A DNA stretch of 26,394 bases from positions 1 to 26,394 of the IMG/VR virus record IMGVR_UViG_3300027697_000060; one strand, written 5' to 3'. The notes under the pieces were generated by a model. That model was not told the DNA's origin, made no database searches, and was given only the letters and a program-made list of their open reading frames with translations. Below, piece by piece: positions 1 to 9,409 of the stretch; positions within the stretch are counted from its first letter, which is position 1; each line of letters opens with the position of its first letter. This DNA comes from a virus. Lineage: Duplodnaviria; Caudoviricetes. The position numbers and the translations under genes are program-made.

Positions 1-38
1 TCTTTATTCTGCATTATAAAACAAAATGCATACTAATT

Positions 39-149
39 ATGGAAAACGCATTACAATTCTTATTCCCAATTCAATTAATCATTTTTGGGATATTCTTATT
101 TCATGTAGCAAAATACATTTACATAACTATTAAAACAAAATTATCATGA
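39..149 (+). CDS. small single-TM membrane peptide (36 aa, MENALQFLFPIQLIIFGIFLFHVAKYIYITIKTKLS)
   Basis: Manual translation; hydrophobic core with basic C-terminus; stop overlaps next start (ATGA 146-149). Below ORF-track length cutoff. Confidence 0.6.
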   Translation: MENALQFLFPIQLIIFGIFLFHVAKYIYITIKTKLS

Positions 150-250
150 ATCAATTTATTTCATTAGGTGAATTCATTATGATTGTTCTTATATGTTATC
201 CCGTTGTAATATTCGGGAAAACATTAATAGAGCATATTAAGGATAAATAA
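146..250 (+). CDS. small single-TM membrane peptide (34 aa, MNQFISLGEFIMIVLICYPVVIFGKTLIEHIKDK)
   Basis: Manual translation; ATGA coupling to the previous ORF; hydrophobic stretch then charged tail. Confidence 0.6.
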   Translation: MNQFISLGEFIMIVLICYPVVIFGKTLIEHIKDK

Positions 251-271
251 AACTATTAAACACAACACAGC

Positions 272-1546
<1,275 letters not shown>

Positions 1547-1549
1547 ATT

Positions 1550-2284
1550 ATGTGCATTATAGCTATTCAGCCATTAGGCGTAAAAATAAAGGAATCAACA
1601 TTGAAAAATTGTTGGGATGCTAACAAGGACGGCGCGGGTATTATGTATGTTGAAAACGGGAAAATCATTGTAAACAAGGAAATGCATTCATTTAATGAAT
1701 TTATGAAACTAAAAAAACATGCGGACAAAGTGAATTCAAATATTGTTATGCATTTTCGAATTGCGACGTCGGGCGGGATTAATGACAGGAATTGTCATCC
1801 ATTTAAGGTTAATAATGACCTATATTTTTGTCATAATGGAATTTTGGATATTGATGTTCCTTTACATTCGAATATTAATGATACGCAAATTTTCAATAAT
1901 TCGTTTATGAAAGGATTGCCCGATAATTTTGTTCAAAATGATACGATCATGGCATTGATTGAATATACAATAGGCAATCGAAATAAATTCGTTTTCATGG
2001 ATGCAACAGGACAATTTTACATCCTGAATGAAAATGCGGGAAAATGGGACAATGGTGCATGGTATTCGAATGAAACATACAAAAGACATTCATATACATA
2101 TTACCCGAAAAAATGGGATTTTCATGCAAAGGATAAAAAGAATGATAAATATTCCATTGAGGATAAATTCGAATATTGCGAATCATGCAATGAAGTCCAT
2201 TCATTAGATGATATGGTGCATGACAATTATTTCGATATGCTATTGTGTACAAAATGTAGTGAATGGGTAATTGAGGAAAAATAA
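1550..2284 (+). CDS. class II (Ntn) glutamine amidotransferase with C-terminal CxxC..CxxC zinc finger
   Basis: N-terminal M-C catalytic Cys, NKDGAG, HFRIATSG, NCHPF, HNG, NDT motifs; C-terminal CESC...CTKC. Confidence 0.88.
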   Translation: MCIIAIQPLGVKIKESTLKNCWDANKDGAGIMYVENGKIIVNKEMHSFNEFMKLKKHADKVNSNIVMHFRIATSGGINDRNCHPFKVNNDLYFCHNGILDIDVPLHSNINDTQIFNNSFMKGLPDNFVQNDTIMALIEYTIGNRNKFVFMDATGQFYILNENAGKWDNGAWYSNETYKRHSYTYYPKKWDFHAKDKKNDKYSIEDKFEYCESCNEVHSLDDMVHDNYFDMLLCTKCSEWVIEEK

Positions 2285-2306
2285 TATTGTTGGTTTTCTA
2301 TTGTGT

Positions 2307-2342
2307 AAGTGAATATCCTGAAATATGGGTATTCACTTTTTT
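2307..2342 (+). terminator. Rho-independent terminator
   Basis: Stem AAGTGAATATCC / GGGTATTCACTT followed by a T run, just after the GATase stop. Confidence 0.8.
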
Positions 2343-2518
2343 AGGTATAAGGATGTACCAATTATAAAAAATAGCCAAAATAAGGCAATTTAAGACACTA
2401 AAAATATAAAACAATGTAATACCATTACTAACATATCAAAATGGCTGAATCGGGCTAAAAATGGGCAAAGAATTGATTTTGTGCATTAGGTCATGATATT
2501 GCAAACATTATGTGTAAT

Positions 2519-2569
2519 ATTGATGTTTTAACATTGATGTTATGCCATTGATGTTGCAACATTGTTGAC
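2519..2569. repeat. 14-bp-period direct repeats ATTGATGTT with an overlapping palindrome
   Basis: ATTGATGTT at 2519, 2533, 2547; degenerate ATTGTTG at 2561; perfect palindrome ATGTTGCAACAT at 2551-2562. Confidence 0.85.
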
Positions 2570-2594
2570 TATGCAACTAATAATCAGTTGCAGG

Positions 2595-2770
2595 CAAAAA
2601 CCTGCCAAAAACCCTATGCAAAAACTCCCCAAAAAACCCACAAAAATCTGGGGCAAAAATCTTTTGCATGGACAAAAACTTTTGCAAAGCTTTAACAAAA
2701 TTTTAACAAAAAACTTTTAAATATTTACAAAAACTTCCTAATTTTACACTCGACACAACCAAAACAAAAA
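2595..2770. repeat. phased CAAAAA A-tract array
   Basis: CAAAA(A) at 2595, 2606, 2619, 2630, 2641, 2654, 2673, 2696, 2707, 2728, 2760, 2765; spacings mostly 11-13 bp or about twice that. Confidence 0.85.
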
Positions 2771-2774
2771 TCCC

Positions 2775-2972
2775 ATGCACGAATTAATCACACTCAACCA
2801 TCAGATGAAGTGCGGTATTACAGGCACAATCATCGACAAAGGCGAACAAGCCTATTACAATCATCAGACAAAAACCTGTATTCATCCATTAGAATATGAG
2901 AAGAATATGAGCCAAGCCAAGATAGGTGATCCAAAAACCTATTTTACTAGACACCAAAAACTTAACAAATAA
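2775..2972 (+). CDS. hypothetical protein
   Basis: ORF with an AC-rich leader; first gene after the repeat block. Confidence 0.7.
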   Translation: MHELITLNHQMKCGITGTIIDKGEQAYYNHQTKTCIHPLEYEKNMSQAKIGDPKTYFTRHQKLNK

Positions 2973-2984
2973 AACATACAACAC

Positions 2985-3194
2985 ATGAAATTCGAATTTA
3001 TAGCTGAAACCGACCAACTACTTAACGACACAATCTACTTTACCAAGCAAGATGGTGTATTTATCAGTGGAACTATCAGCACTAAAAAAGAGGTAGCTTA
3101 TGCCATCTTTGAGAAGCTTAGTCAAGGTCTACCACTCAGAACATCAGAAGTACTAGAAACAAAAATCTTACAAAAACCCTCACAAGAGGAATAA
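2985..3194 (+). CDS. hypothetical protein
   Basis: Tightly packed ORF with AC-rich leader. Confidence 0.7.
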   Translation: MKFEFIAETDQLLNDTIYFTKQDGVFISGTISTKKEVAYAIFEKLSQGLPLRTSEVLETKILQKPSQEE

Positions 3195-3208
3195 AAAACC
3201 CAAAACCA

Positions 3209-3439
3209 ATGTTGAAACTAACCCTAGAGCAAAAGAAAAAAGGTATCAAAGAAGAGTTTACCTATGTAAACAGTAACGGTAGAATGTCAAAACAATACAC
3301 CTACAAAGGGATGTATATTACTTGGGATAACCAAATCCTACATGGCAAATGGTATTACTGGAGAGCAAGTTATTACGCTTCTTTAGATGCAGCAGTTCAA
3401 GGAATAGAAAGACATATCAATCACTTTAAAACTAAATAA
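3209..3439 (+). CDS. hypothetical protein
   Basis: Tightly packed ORF with AC-rich leader. Confidence 0.7.
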   Translation: MLKLTLEQKKKGIKEEFTYVNSNGRMSKQYTYKGMYITWDNQILHGKWYYWRASYYASLDAAVQGIERHINHFKTK

Positions 3440-3443
3440 ACAA

Positions 3444-3644
3444 ATGCAAGAGATCACAGACTACAAAAGCCTATTTAAGTATGGCGACATGAAGAAGATT
3501 ATGGAGATAACAGGCTATAGTCGTTACGTTATTGAAACAAGACTTAAGAACAATGATTATGAGATGACCGAGTTAATCAAAACATTCTATAACAAAAAAC
3601 TCGAACTATTAAAAACACAAATCAATGATTACAGCGAAATATAG
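3444..3644 (+). CDS. small putative HTH DNA-binding protein
   Basis: GDMKKIMEITGYSRYVIETRL resembles a helix-turn-helix. Confidence 0.5.
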   Translation: MQEITDYKSLFKYGDMKKIMEITGYSRYVIETRLKNNDYEMTELIKTFYNKKLELLKTQINDYSEI

Positions 3645-3999
3645 GACTCCAAGACAAAATCTATTTAAAAGAAAGATACACAATGTGGACCAGGATATAG
3701 TCAATAACATAGTAAAGCAAATATCTATTGTCACTAATTTACCTGAAAAAGTGATCACTAAAAAAGGTAGATATAGACCTCAGGTACTTGCTCGTAATAT
3801 GTGCTTTTATATCCTTCATGTTCACTATAAACAAAAAGCTGCTCAGATAGCTCCTTATTTTAACAAGGATAGGACTACAGTTTTACATGGCATTAACACA
3901 TTTGTAAATGACGTTGAGGTAGTTCCTTACTATATGGAGCAATATCAGAAAGTAAGAAGCAAAATAAAGATTCCTAAATTATATTCAGATAACTATTAA
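3625..3999 (+). CDS. stand-alone DnaA C-terminal (domain IV-like) HTH protein
   Basis: R..QVLARNMCFYIL...IAPYFNKDRTTVLHGI matches the DnaA domain IV signature (R..aMYl...IG..FgrDHtTVlha). Confidence 0.8.
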   Translation: MITAKYRTPRQNLFKRKIHNVDQDIVNNIVKQISIVTNLPEKVITKKGRYRPQVLARNMCFYILHVHYKQKAAQIAPYFNKDRTTVLHGINTFVNDVEVVPYYMEQYQKVRSKIKIPKLYSDNY

Positions 4000-4009
4000 A
4001 ACAAACAAA

Positions 4010-4207
4010 ATGATATCAACATTCGCACACATGAACGAAGTAGACAAAAAAATCTTTGTCGCTAAGATTATCCACAACATGAACTACAGCCAATCAAGTT
4101 TCGAAACTATGGAAGCTATAGTTAAAATGTGGGAACAATATCCAATCAAACAAGCAACTTTTTTTACACAATCAAATCAATTAACAAATGGAATTGCAAA
4201 CAACTAA
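4010..4207 (+). CDS. hypothetical protein
   Basis: ORF in the operon; overlaps the next gene. Confidence 0.65.
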   Translation: MISTFAHMNEVDKKIFVAKIIHNMNYSQSSFETMEAIVKMWEQYPIKQATFFTQSNQLTNGIANN

Positions 4208-4865
4208 CAATCAAATTCAAGCTCCTAGTTACCAAATGGTCAACAAGGACTCTATGCTATCCTTATCTAACGAGCTTAAACGCTTTGTAAAGGATGCACA
4301 CCTAGTATCTAACATCAAGGGTAAGGACTATTGTAACGTAGAAGCCTGGCAGATGGCTGGTGCTTCATTAGGCTTATTCCCTATCATTACAAGCGTACAA
4401 GACTTATCAAGTGAAAAAGAGATTAAATACATGGCTACTTGCGAAGTTAGATCATACCAAGACAATAAGTTAGTGTCTGTAGGTATTGCAATATGCTCTA
4501 ACAAAGAGGGTAGCAAAAAATTCTTTGATGAGTATGCTATCTTATCTATGGCACAGACTAGAGCAGTAGGTAAAGCATTCCGTAATCAGTTAGCATGGTT
4601 GATGAAAGCTGCTGGATTTGAAGCGACACCTGCTGAAGAGATGGATTTCGTACATGAAGAGCCGAAAAAAACCTCTAAGCCAGTACAAACAGTTGTAGCT
4701 GAAATATTAGAAGAAGAGCCTACAAGAGAAGAAATCATGATGGAAGTAGCTAAGTGTACTAAGGTTAAGCAATTAACTGACATATACTTTACTTACAAGC
4801 AATCATTTGACTCAGATGAAACATTGATGAAGGTATTAAAAATGAAAAAAGAAAACCTAAAATAA
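4188..4865 (+). CDS. putative single-strand annealing / recombination protein
   Basis: Conserved-looking N-terminal domain (SMAQTRAVGKAFR..., TPAEEM), a charged linker and a small helical C-terminal domain; position upstream of the replication genes. Family not certain. Confidence 0.45.
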   Translation: MELQTTNNQIQAPSYQMVNKDSMLSLSNELKRFVKDAHLVSNIKGKDYCNVEAWQMAGASLGLFPIITSVQDLSSEKEIKYMATCEVRSYQDNKLVSVGIAICSNKEGSKKFFDEYAILSMAQTRAVGKAFRNQLAWLMKAAGFEATPAEEMDFVHEEPKKTSKPVQTVVAEILEEEPTREEIMMEVAKCTKVKQLTDIYFTYKQSFDSDETLMKVLKMKKENLK

Positions 4866-4866
4866 A

Positions 4867-5331
4867 ATGAATTTAACATTATTACCCAAAGTAGAACTTG
4901 CTTCTATTGAGCCTAACAAATTTGCTATTGAGTTAATCAAGTCGCAGATAGTAGATCACTTTACACAGACTGGTGAGTCGCCATTAGAGTTGCTCGTTAA
5001 GTCTGAGGCTGTAGTACAGCTCTTAGAAGGCATTAGAGCCGATTTAAAAGAGTTAGTATTAGATGAGCTTAGTAAGTATCCTGGAGGCAAGGCTGAGGTC
5101 TTAGGAAGCGAAATGGCTAAGTTTGAATCAGGTGTTAAGTATATCTATGACCAAGACTATACTTGGAGCAAAATGAATGAAGAAATAGAGTCATTAAAGT
5201 TTGCTTTAAAGGAAAGAGAGAAGATGCTTAGAACTTTACCGACTGCTATGGTTGATCCTGAATCAGGCGAAATGGTACACCCAGCACCTAGAATTAGCAC
5301 TACAACCTTTAAGATTAACTTAAAGAAATAA
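4867..5331 (+). CDS. conserved phage protein (coiled-coil)
   Basis: 154-aa ORF coupled to the putative SSAP. Confidence 0.7.
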   Translation: MNLTLLPKVELASIEPNKFAIELIKSQIVDHFTQTGESPLELLVKSEAVVQLLEGIRADLKELVLDELSKYPGGKAEVLGSEMAKFESGVKYIYDQDYTWSKMNEEIESLKFALKEREKMLRTLPTAMVDPESGEMVHPAPRISTTTFKINLKK

Positions 5332-5414
5332 AAATCTTAACCACCTCATGATAAAATATTAATAACCTGATAGTAATTAGTGAAACTTGGGGTGGTTATT
5401 TTAAACTATTATTT

Positions 5415-5747
5415 ATGTCAATAAATTTTAACAGTACAAGATGTAACTATTGTGAAAGAAAATTTACTGAAAGTAATTATAGAACAAAAGAACACATTGT
5501 ACCATTATCTAAAGGAGGTAATAATTATTTTGAAAATTTGATATGGATATGTAATGAGTGTAATAATTACAGAGGCAATAAAGATTTGCCATATTTTTTT
5601 AATCAGATAAATAATGTTCTTAACAATAATAGAACTATTAAGATTAAAATTTATACATACAATAGACAAGATTTGCAAAATATGGTTAAAAACTTATCAT
5701 ATTATAAAAACAAAAGTTATGAAACAAGCAATAATATTTTTATATGA
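5415..5747 (+). CDS. HNH endonuclease (McrA-like, Zn-binding)
   Basis: CNYC...TKEHIVPLSKGG...NLIWICNECNNYRG. Confidence 0.85.
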   Translation: MSINFNSTRCNYCERKFTESNYRTKEHIVPLSKGGNNYFENLIWICNECNNYRGNKDLPYFFNQINNVLNNNRTIKIKIYTYNRQDLQNMVKNLSYYKNKSYETSNNIFI

Positions 5748-5835
5748 ATTAGCAAAGTTTATAGTAATATCAATACCACTAGCAATATTGCTATTTGTAA
5801 CATTAACAATAATTAGTAAATTCAAGAATATATGA
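5719..5835 (+). CDS. small membrane protein (38 aa)
   Basis: MKQAIIFLYELAKFIVISIPLAILLFVTLTIISKFKNI; ATG 5719 preferred over 5614, which lies deep inside the HNH gene. Confidence 0.55.
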   Translation: MKQAIIFLYELAKFIVISIPLAILLFVTLTIISKFKNI

Positions 5836-6044
5836 TGGAGATTGCAGGATTAGAGAACTCAGTACCAGTGAGGATGATTTATGTTGACGACAAAAGTGAA
5901 GTATTGTTTAAATCTTTAGCTCATGCAGCAAGGAATACAAGAATAACACAAGACTCAATAAAGAAATCACTTAATCCATTACTAAAGAAGAAATTTAAGC
6001 ACAATAATAGAGATGTTATTTTTAGGATAGTTAAGAATATTTAG
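5832..6044 (+). CDS. NUMOD1-like small DNA-binding protein
   Basis: FKSLAHAARNTRITQDSIKKSL resembles the NUMOD1/IENR1 HTH. Confidence 0.55.
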   Translation: MMEIAGLENSVPVRMIYVDDKSEVLFKSLAHAARNTRITQDSIKKSLNPLLKKKFKHNNRDVIFRIVKNI

Positions 6045-6052
6045 TATCTTTG
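6045..6052 (+). promoter_or_regulatory. Bacteroidota-type -7 promoter element TATCTTTG
   Basis: Matches TAnnTTTG; lies immediately upstream of a structured leader. Confidence 0.6.
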
Positions 6053-6145
6053 TTCTGCTATGTACGAGATAGCATTAAGAACTTTTTTTGCCCAAAGAGG
6101 CGTTGGAACTCGTACTTCCAGCAAATCTGCGGGCGTTTTTATTTT
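6052..6145 (+). ncRNA. putative structured leader RNA with kissing loops / attenuator
   Basis: Hairpin TGCTAT-GTACGAG-ATAGCA (6056-6074) and hairpin GTTGGAA-CTCGTAC-TTCCAGC (6102-6122) have exactly complementary loops; outer stem GCCC/GGGC then a T-rich tract. Confidence 0.6.
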
Positions 6146-6664
6146 ATGAACAATTTACAAGACCCATTTATCTTATCTATTGATGAAGAAGGGCACATTT
6201 ATGATTGCAAATCATACTACAGATTATTAAGTATTAATGAATTAATAGCACTTAAAATGGCTATTGATAAAACTTACAATCATTATTTAAATGATAATCT
6301 AACTGATGAAGAAATTTATGACAGGAATGTAGATAGTTCCGAAATTTATCAGCAAAGATTTTATGAATATGCTAAAAGTATACCTAAAAGGCAAAAAGAT
6401 GATAGAGGGTATATATACTTAATGAAGGATAATAGAAATGGTCTTATTAAAATAGGCTATTCAAAATACCCTGAATTTAGAGAAAAAACCCTTCAATCAG
6501 AAGTACCTGATATTGAAATGATATATTATAATTTTGGTAGAATGAAATTAGAAAAGGAATTACATAAATCATTTAATCATAAGAGAATAAGAGGCGAATG
6601 GTTTGATTTAAACAATAATGATATTGAACAAATTAAAGTGCATATAGATGGAACATCATTTTAA
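6146..6664 (+). CDS. T5orf172/MUG113-like GIY-YIG domain protein
   Basis: GYIYLM...LIKIGYS..P..REKTLQ...E..LH..F...RIRGEWF; start reassigned to ATG 6146, downstream of the leader. Confidence 0.8.
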   Translation: MNNLQDPFILSIDEEGHIYDCKSYYRLLSINELIALKMAIDKTYNHYLNDNLTDEEIYDRNVDSSEIYQQRFYEYAKSIPKRQKDDRGYIYLMKDNRNGLIKIGYSKYPEFREKTLQSEVPDIEMIYYNFGRMKLEKELHKSFNHKRIRGEWFDLNNNDIEQIKVHIDGTSF

Positions 6665-7334
6665 TACTGATCACGCAGTAAAATACGGAATAGAAGAGGC
6701 TATTGTTATTAATAACTTATTCTTTTGGATAACTAAAAATAAGGCTAATAGAAAGCATTACTTAAACGATAGAACATGGACTTACAATACTTACAAGGCT
6801 TTTAGTGAGATTTTCCCATACTGGAATGAACACAAGATTAAAAGAATATTAGATTCATTGGTTAATCAAAGTGTAATACTAAGAGAAAACTATAACAAAA
6901 GTGGTTATGATAGGACTTGTTGGTATGCTTTCAGAGATGAAATGTCGTTCTTAAACAATTGCAATATCCATATTGCAGAAATGCAAAATGGAAGTAACGA
7001 AAGTGCAACACCTATACCATATAGTAATACAATTACTAATACATCTATAAATAAATCTATAAATATATCGTTTGATACATGGTGGGATTTATATGATAAG
7101 AAGGTTGGTAGTAAAACTAAACTAGAAAATAAGTGGAATAAGCTAACTGACGATCAAAGAACACAAGCTATTAAACACACTAAGGAATACAAGATTGCAC
7201 AACCTGATAAACAATATAGAAAGAATCCTGATACATACTTAAATAACGAGTCATTTTATGATGAGATAATTAAGCCAAAGGATTTTAATCAAGTACCTAC
7301 AAATAAAATAACTACACAAATAAAACTAAAATAA
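6648..7334 (+). CDS. phage replication initiator / replisome organizer
   Basis: N-terminal wHTH-like region (AVKYGIEEAIVINNLFFW..., TWTYNT), low-complexity linker, C-terminal FDTWWDLYDKK...PDTYLN domain; upstream of DnaB. Confidence 0.7.
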   Translation: MEHHFNTDHAVKYGIEEAIVINNLFFWITKNKANRKHYLNDRTWTYNTYKAFSEIFPYWNEHKIKRILDSLVNQSVILRENYNKSGYDRTCWYAFRDEMSFLNNCNIHIAEMQNGSNESATPIPYSNTITNTSINKSINISFDTWWDLYDKKVGSKTKLENKWNKLTDDQRTQAIKHTKEYKIAQPDKQYRKNPDTYLNNESFYDEIIKPKDFNQVPTNKITTQIKLK

Positions 7335-7335
7335 C

Positions 7336-7596
7336 ATGACACCAAAACAAAAAGCTAAAGAAATAGTTTATAAAATGTTTGCAGATTGGCTACAAATACC
7401 TTATGAAGCAGTAGAATATCATCTAGAAATACCTGGATTTACAATAGTTCAAGAATGGTATAGCACTAAACATTGTGCATTAATAGCTGTAGATGAAGTA
7501 TTAGAAGCAACTAAGAAGTATGATTATACTTTAGGTCCTAAACCAAGCTATAATGATTATTGGTTAAAGGTAAAATACGAAATAGAAAAACTATGA
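7336..7596 (+). CDS. hypothetical protein
   Basis: ORF between the initiator and helicase; ATGA coupling to the helicase. Confidence 0.7.
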   Translation: MTPKQKAKEIVYKMFADWLQIPYEAVEYHLEIPGFTIVQEWYSTKHCALIAVDEVLEATKKYDYTLGPKPSYNDYWLKVKYEIEKL

Positions 7597-8930
7597 TAGC
7601 TATAAACCTACCAAAAGCTTTAGATATTGAATCTAACATACTTGGGGCATTGCTTTTAGACAAAAGGACTATCCCATTGGTTATAGGTCATCTAAAAACT
7701 GACATATTCTACGATCTAAAGCACCAAAAAATCTTTAACGCTATTAAGGAAATGTATGATAGTAACATATCTATAGACCTTACTACTGTAGCTCAAAAAC
7801 TTTCCCAAGATAAGGACATTCAAGATGTTGGTGGAGCTTTTTACCTATCAAAGTTAACTGATAATGTAATCTCAACAGCTCATTTAAACACCCATATTGA
7901 GATTGTTATTGAGATGTATAAGAAGCGTGAAGCTTATAAAGTGCTTAGAATAGCTGAAAGTCAATGCTTAGATAACGATAGTCAGTCATTAGACCTTCTA
8001 TCTGACCTTAATAGTCAACTATTATCTATCCAAGAATATGGCAATATCTATGAAAAAAGCATAACTGATGTAGTTATGGCTATCAACTTTGCTAGGGATT
8101 TAGCAAGTAATGGTGAACTTTTAGGATTTAATACAGGATTCCAAGAACTAAACCAAACTATAGCAGGTTGGTGTAAACCTGACCTATGTATTATAGCTGC
8201 TAGACCTGGTGCAGGTAAGACTGCAATGATGCTTTCTAGTGTTTATCACTTAGCTATCCTAAATAACGTTCCTACGGCTATTTTTAGCCTCGAAATGAGC
8301 TCCGAACAGCTTGTTGAAAGGTTAGAGTCAATAACAAGTCAAGTGCCCTTAAAACGCCTTAGGACGAATAATTTGAATGACTATGAACGTAAGCTACTTT
8401 TAAAGACAGATGACAAGATAATCACAGCACCCATCTACATAGAGGATACTGGAGGAATCAGTATCTCACAACTCAGAGCTAAGGCTACTATTCTAAAGCA
8501 GAAGTATGGTATTAAGGTTATATTCCTAGACTATCTACAACTTATGAGTGGACAAGGCAAACAAAACCAAAACCGAGAGCAGGAAGTAAGTTTTATAAGC
8601 AGAAGCCTTAAAGCCTTAGCCAAAGAGTTGGAAGTACCAATCATTGCTTTATCTCAGTTATCTAGAAAGGTTGAAGAACGAGCTGATAAACTACCAATGT
8701 TGTCTGATCTTAGAGAGTCAGGTAGTATCGAACAAGATAGCGACATAGTAATAATGTTAATGCGTCCTGCATATTATGAGATGACTGAACCAGTAGAAAT
8801 TGATGGCAAAGAGTATGATCCTAAAAATCTTGTTATAGTCAAAGTTGAAAAAAATAGACATGGACCGACAAAAAATATGGCAGTAAGATTTATAGGTGAA
8901 ACAATAACATTCGAAGATTATAAATTATAA
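7593..8930 (+). CDS. dnaB: replicative DNA helicase DnaB
   Basis: Walker A AARPGAGKT, FSLEMS, IFLDYLQLM, LSQLSR, SDLRESGSIEQDSD, KNRHG; start at ATG 7593 overlapping the upstream stop. Confidence 0.95.
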   Translation: MIAINLPKALDIESNILGALLLDKRTIPLVIGHLKTDIFYDLKHQKIFNAIKEMYDSNISIDLTTVAQKLSQDKDIQDVGGAFYLSKLTDNVISTAHLNTHIEIVIEMYKKREAYKVLRIAESQCLDNDSQSLDLLSDLNSQLLSIQEYGNIYEKSITDVVMAINFARDLASNGELLGFNTGFQELNQTIAGWCKPDLCIIAARPGAGKTAMMLSSVYHLAILNNVPTAIFSLEMSSEQLVERLESITSQVPLKRLRTNNLNDYERKLLLKTDDKIITAPIYIEDTGGISISQLRAKATILKQKYGIKVIFLDYLQLMSGQGKQNQNREQEVSFISRSLKALAKELEVPIIALSQLSRKVEERADKLPMLSDLRESGSIEQDSDIVIMLMRPAYYEMTEPVEIDGKEYDPKNLVIVKVEKNRHGPTKNMAVRFIGETITFEDYKL

Positions 8931-8932
8931 AA

Positions 8933-9406
8933 ATGAAAGACATAAAAAATTACGAAAATTACCAAATTGGTAAAGATGGAAGAGTGTTTAACAAAGTAAA
9001 AAGTATTTATATGAAACCAAACTTGAGTAAACTTGGTTATTATAGAATTGGACTAACTAATGCAGATGGTAAAAAGCTGTTTAGTATACATAGATTAGTT
9101 GCTTTAACTTACTTACCTAACAATGATAATAAGCCTCAGGTAAATCACATAAACGGTATAAAAACAGATAATAGATTAGAAAATTTAGAATGGGCTACTA
9201 GGGAAGAAAATATGCAACACGCTTATACAAATGGATTAATGAAGGGATTTTATGATGCATCTAACAAAATTGTAATTAATATAAATAATGGAGTTTTTTA
9301 TGATTGTGTTAATGATGCTGCTAAATCAATTAATATGAACTATTCTACACTTAGAAGTATGCTTCAAGGTCATAGAAAAAATAAAACACCACTTAAATAC
9401 GCTTAA
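8933..9406 (+). CDS. NUMOD4-like HNH homing endonuclease
   Basis: IKNYENYQI...G.V, IHRLVA, VNHINGIKTDNRLENLEW; C-terminal HTH-like domain. Confidence 0.88.
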   Translation: MKDIKNYENYQIGKDGRVFNKVKSIYMKPNLSKLGYYRIGLTNADGKKLFSIHRLVALTYLPNNDNKPQVNHINGIKTDNRLENLEWATREENMQHAYTNGLMKGFYDASNKIVININNGVFYDCVNDAAKSINMNYSTLRSMLQGHRKNKTPLKYA

Positions 9407-9409
9407 ACC

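Noticed and set aside
2519-2770. Repeats as a CRISPR array
   Set aside because: Units are 6-9 bp with 5-8 bp gaps; there is no ~30-bp repeat-spacer structure and no cas gene.
4328-4783. Minus-strand ORFs 4328-4516 and 4586-4783
   Set aside because: Antisense shadows of the putative SSAP gene.
6050-6145. N-terminal extension of the T5orf172 ORF from TTG 6050
   Set aside because: That start lies inside the promoter motif and the region is better explained as a structured leader; ATG 6146 preferred.
7560-8930. Longer DnaB start, or an intein/intron in dnaB
   Set aside because: ATG 7593 gives ATGA coupling; the length is normal and the motifs are contiguous, so there is no insertion.
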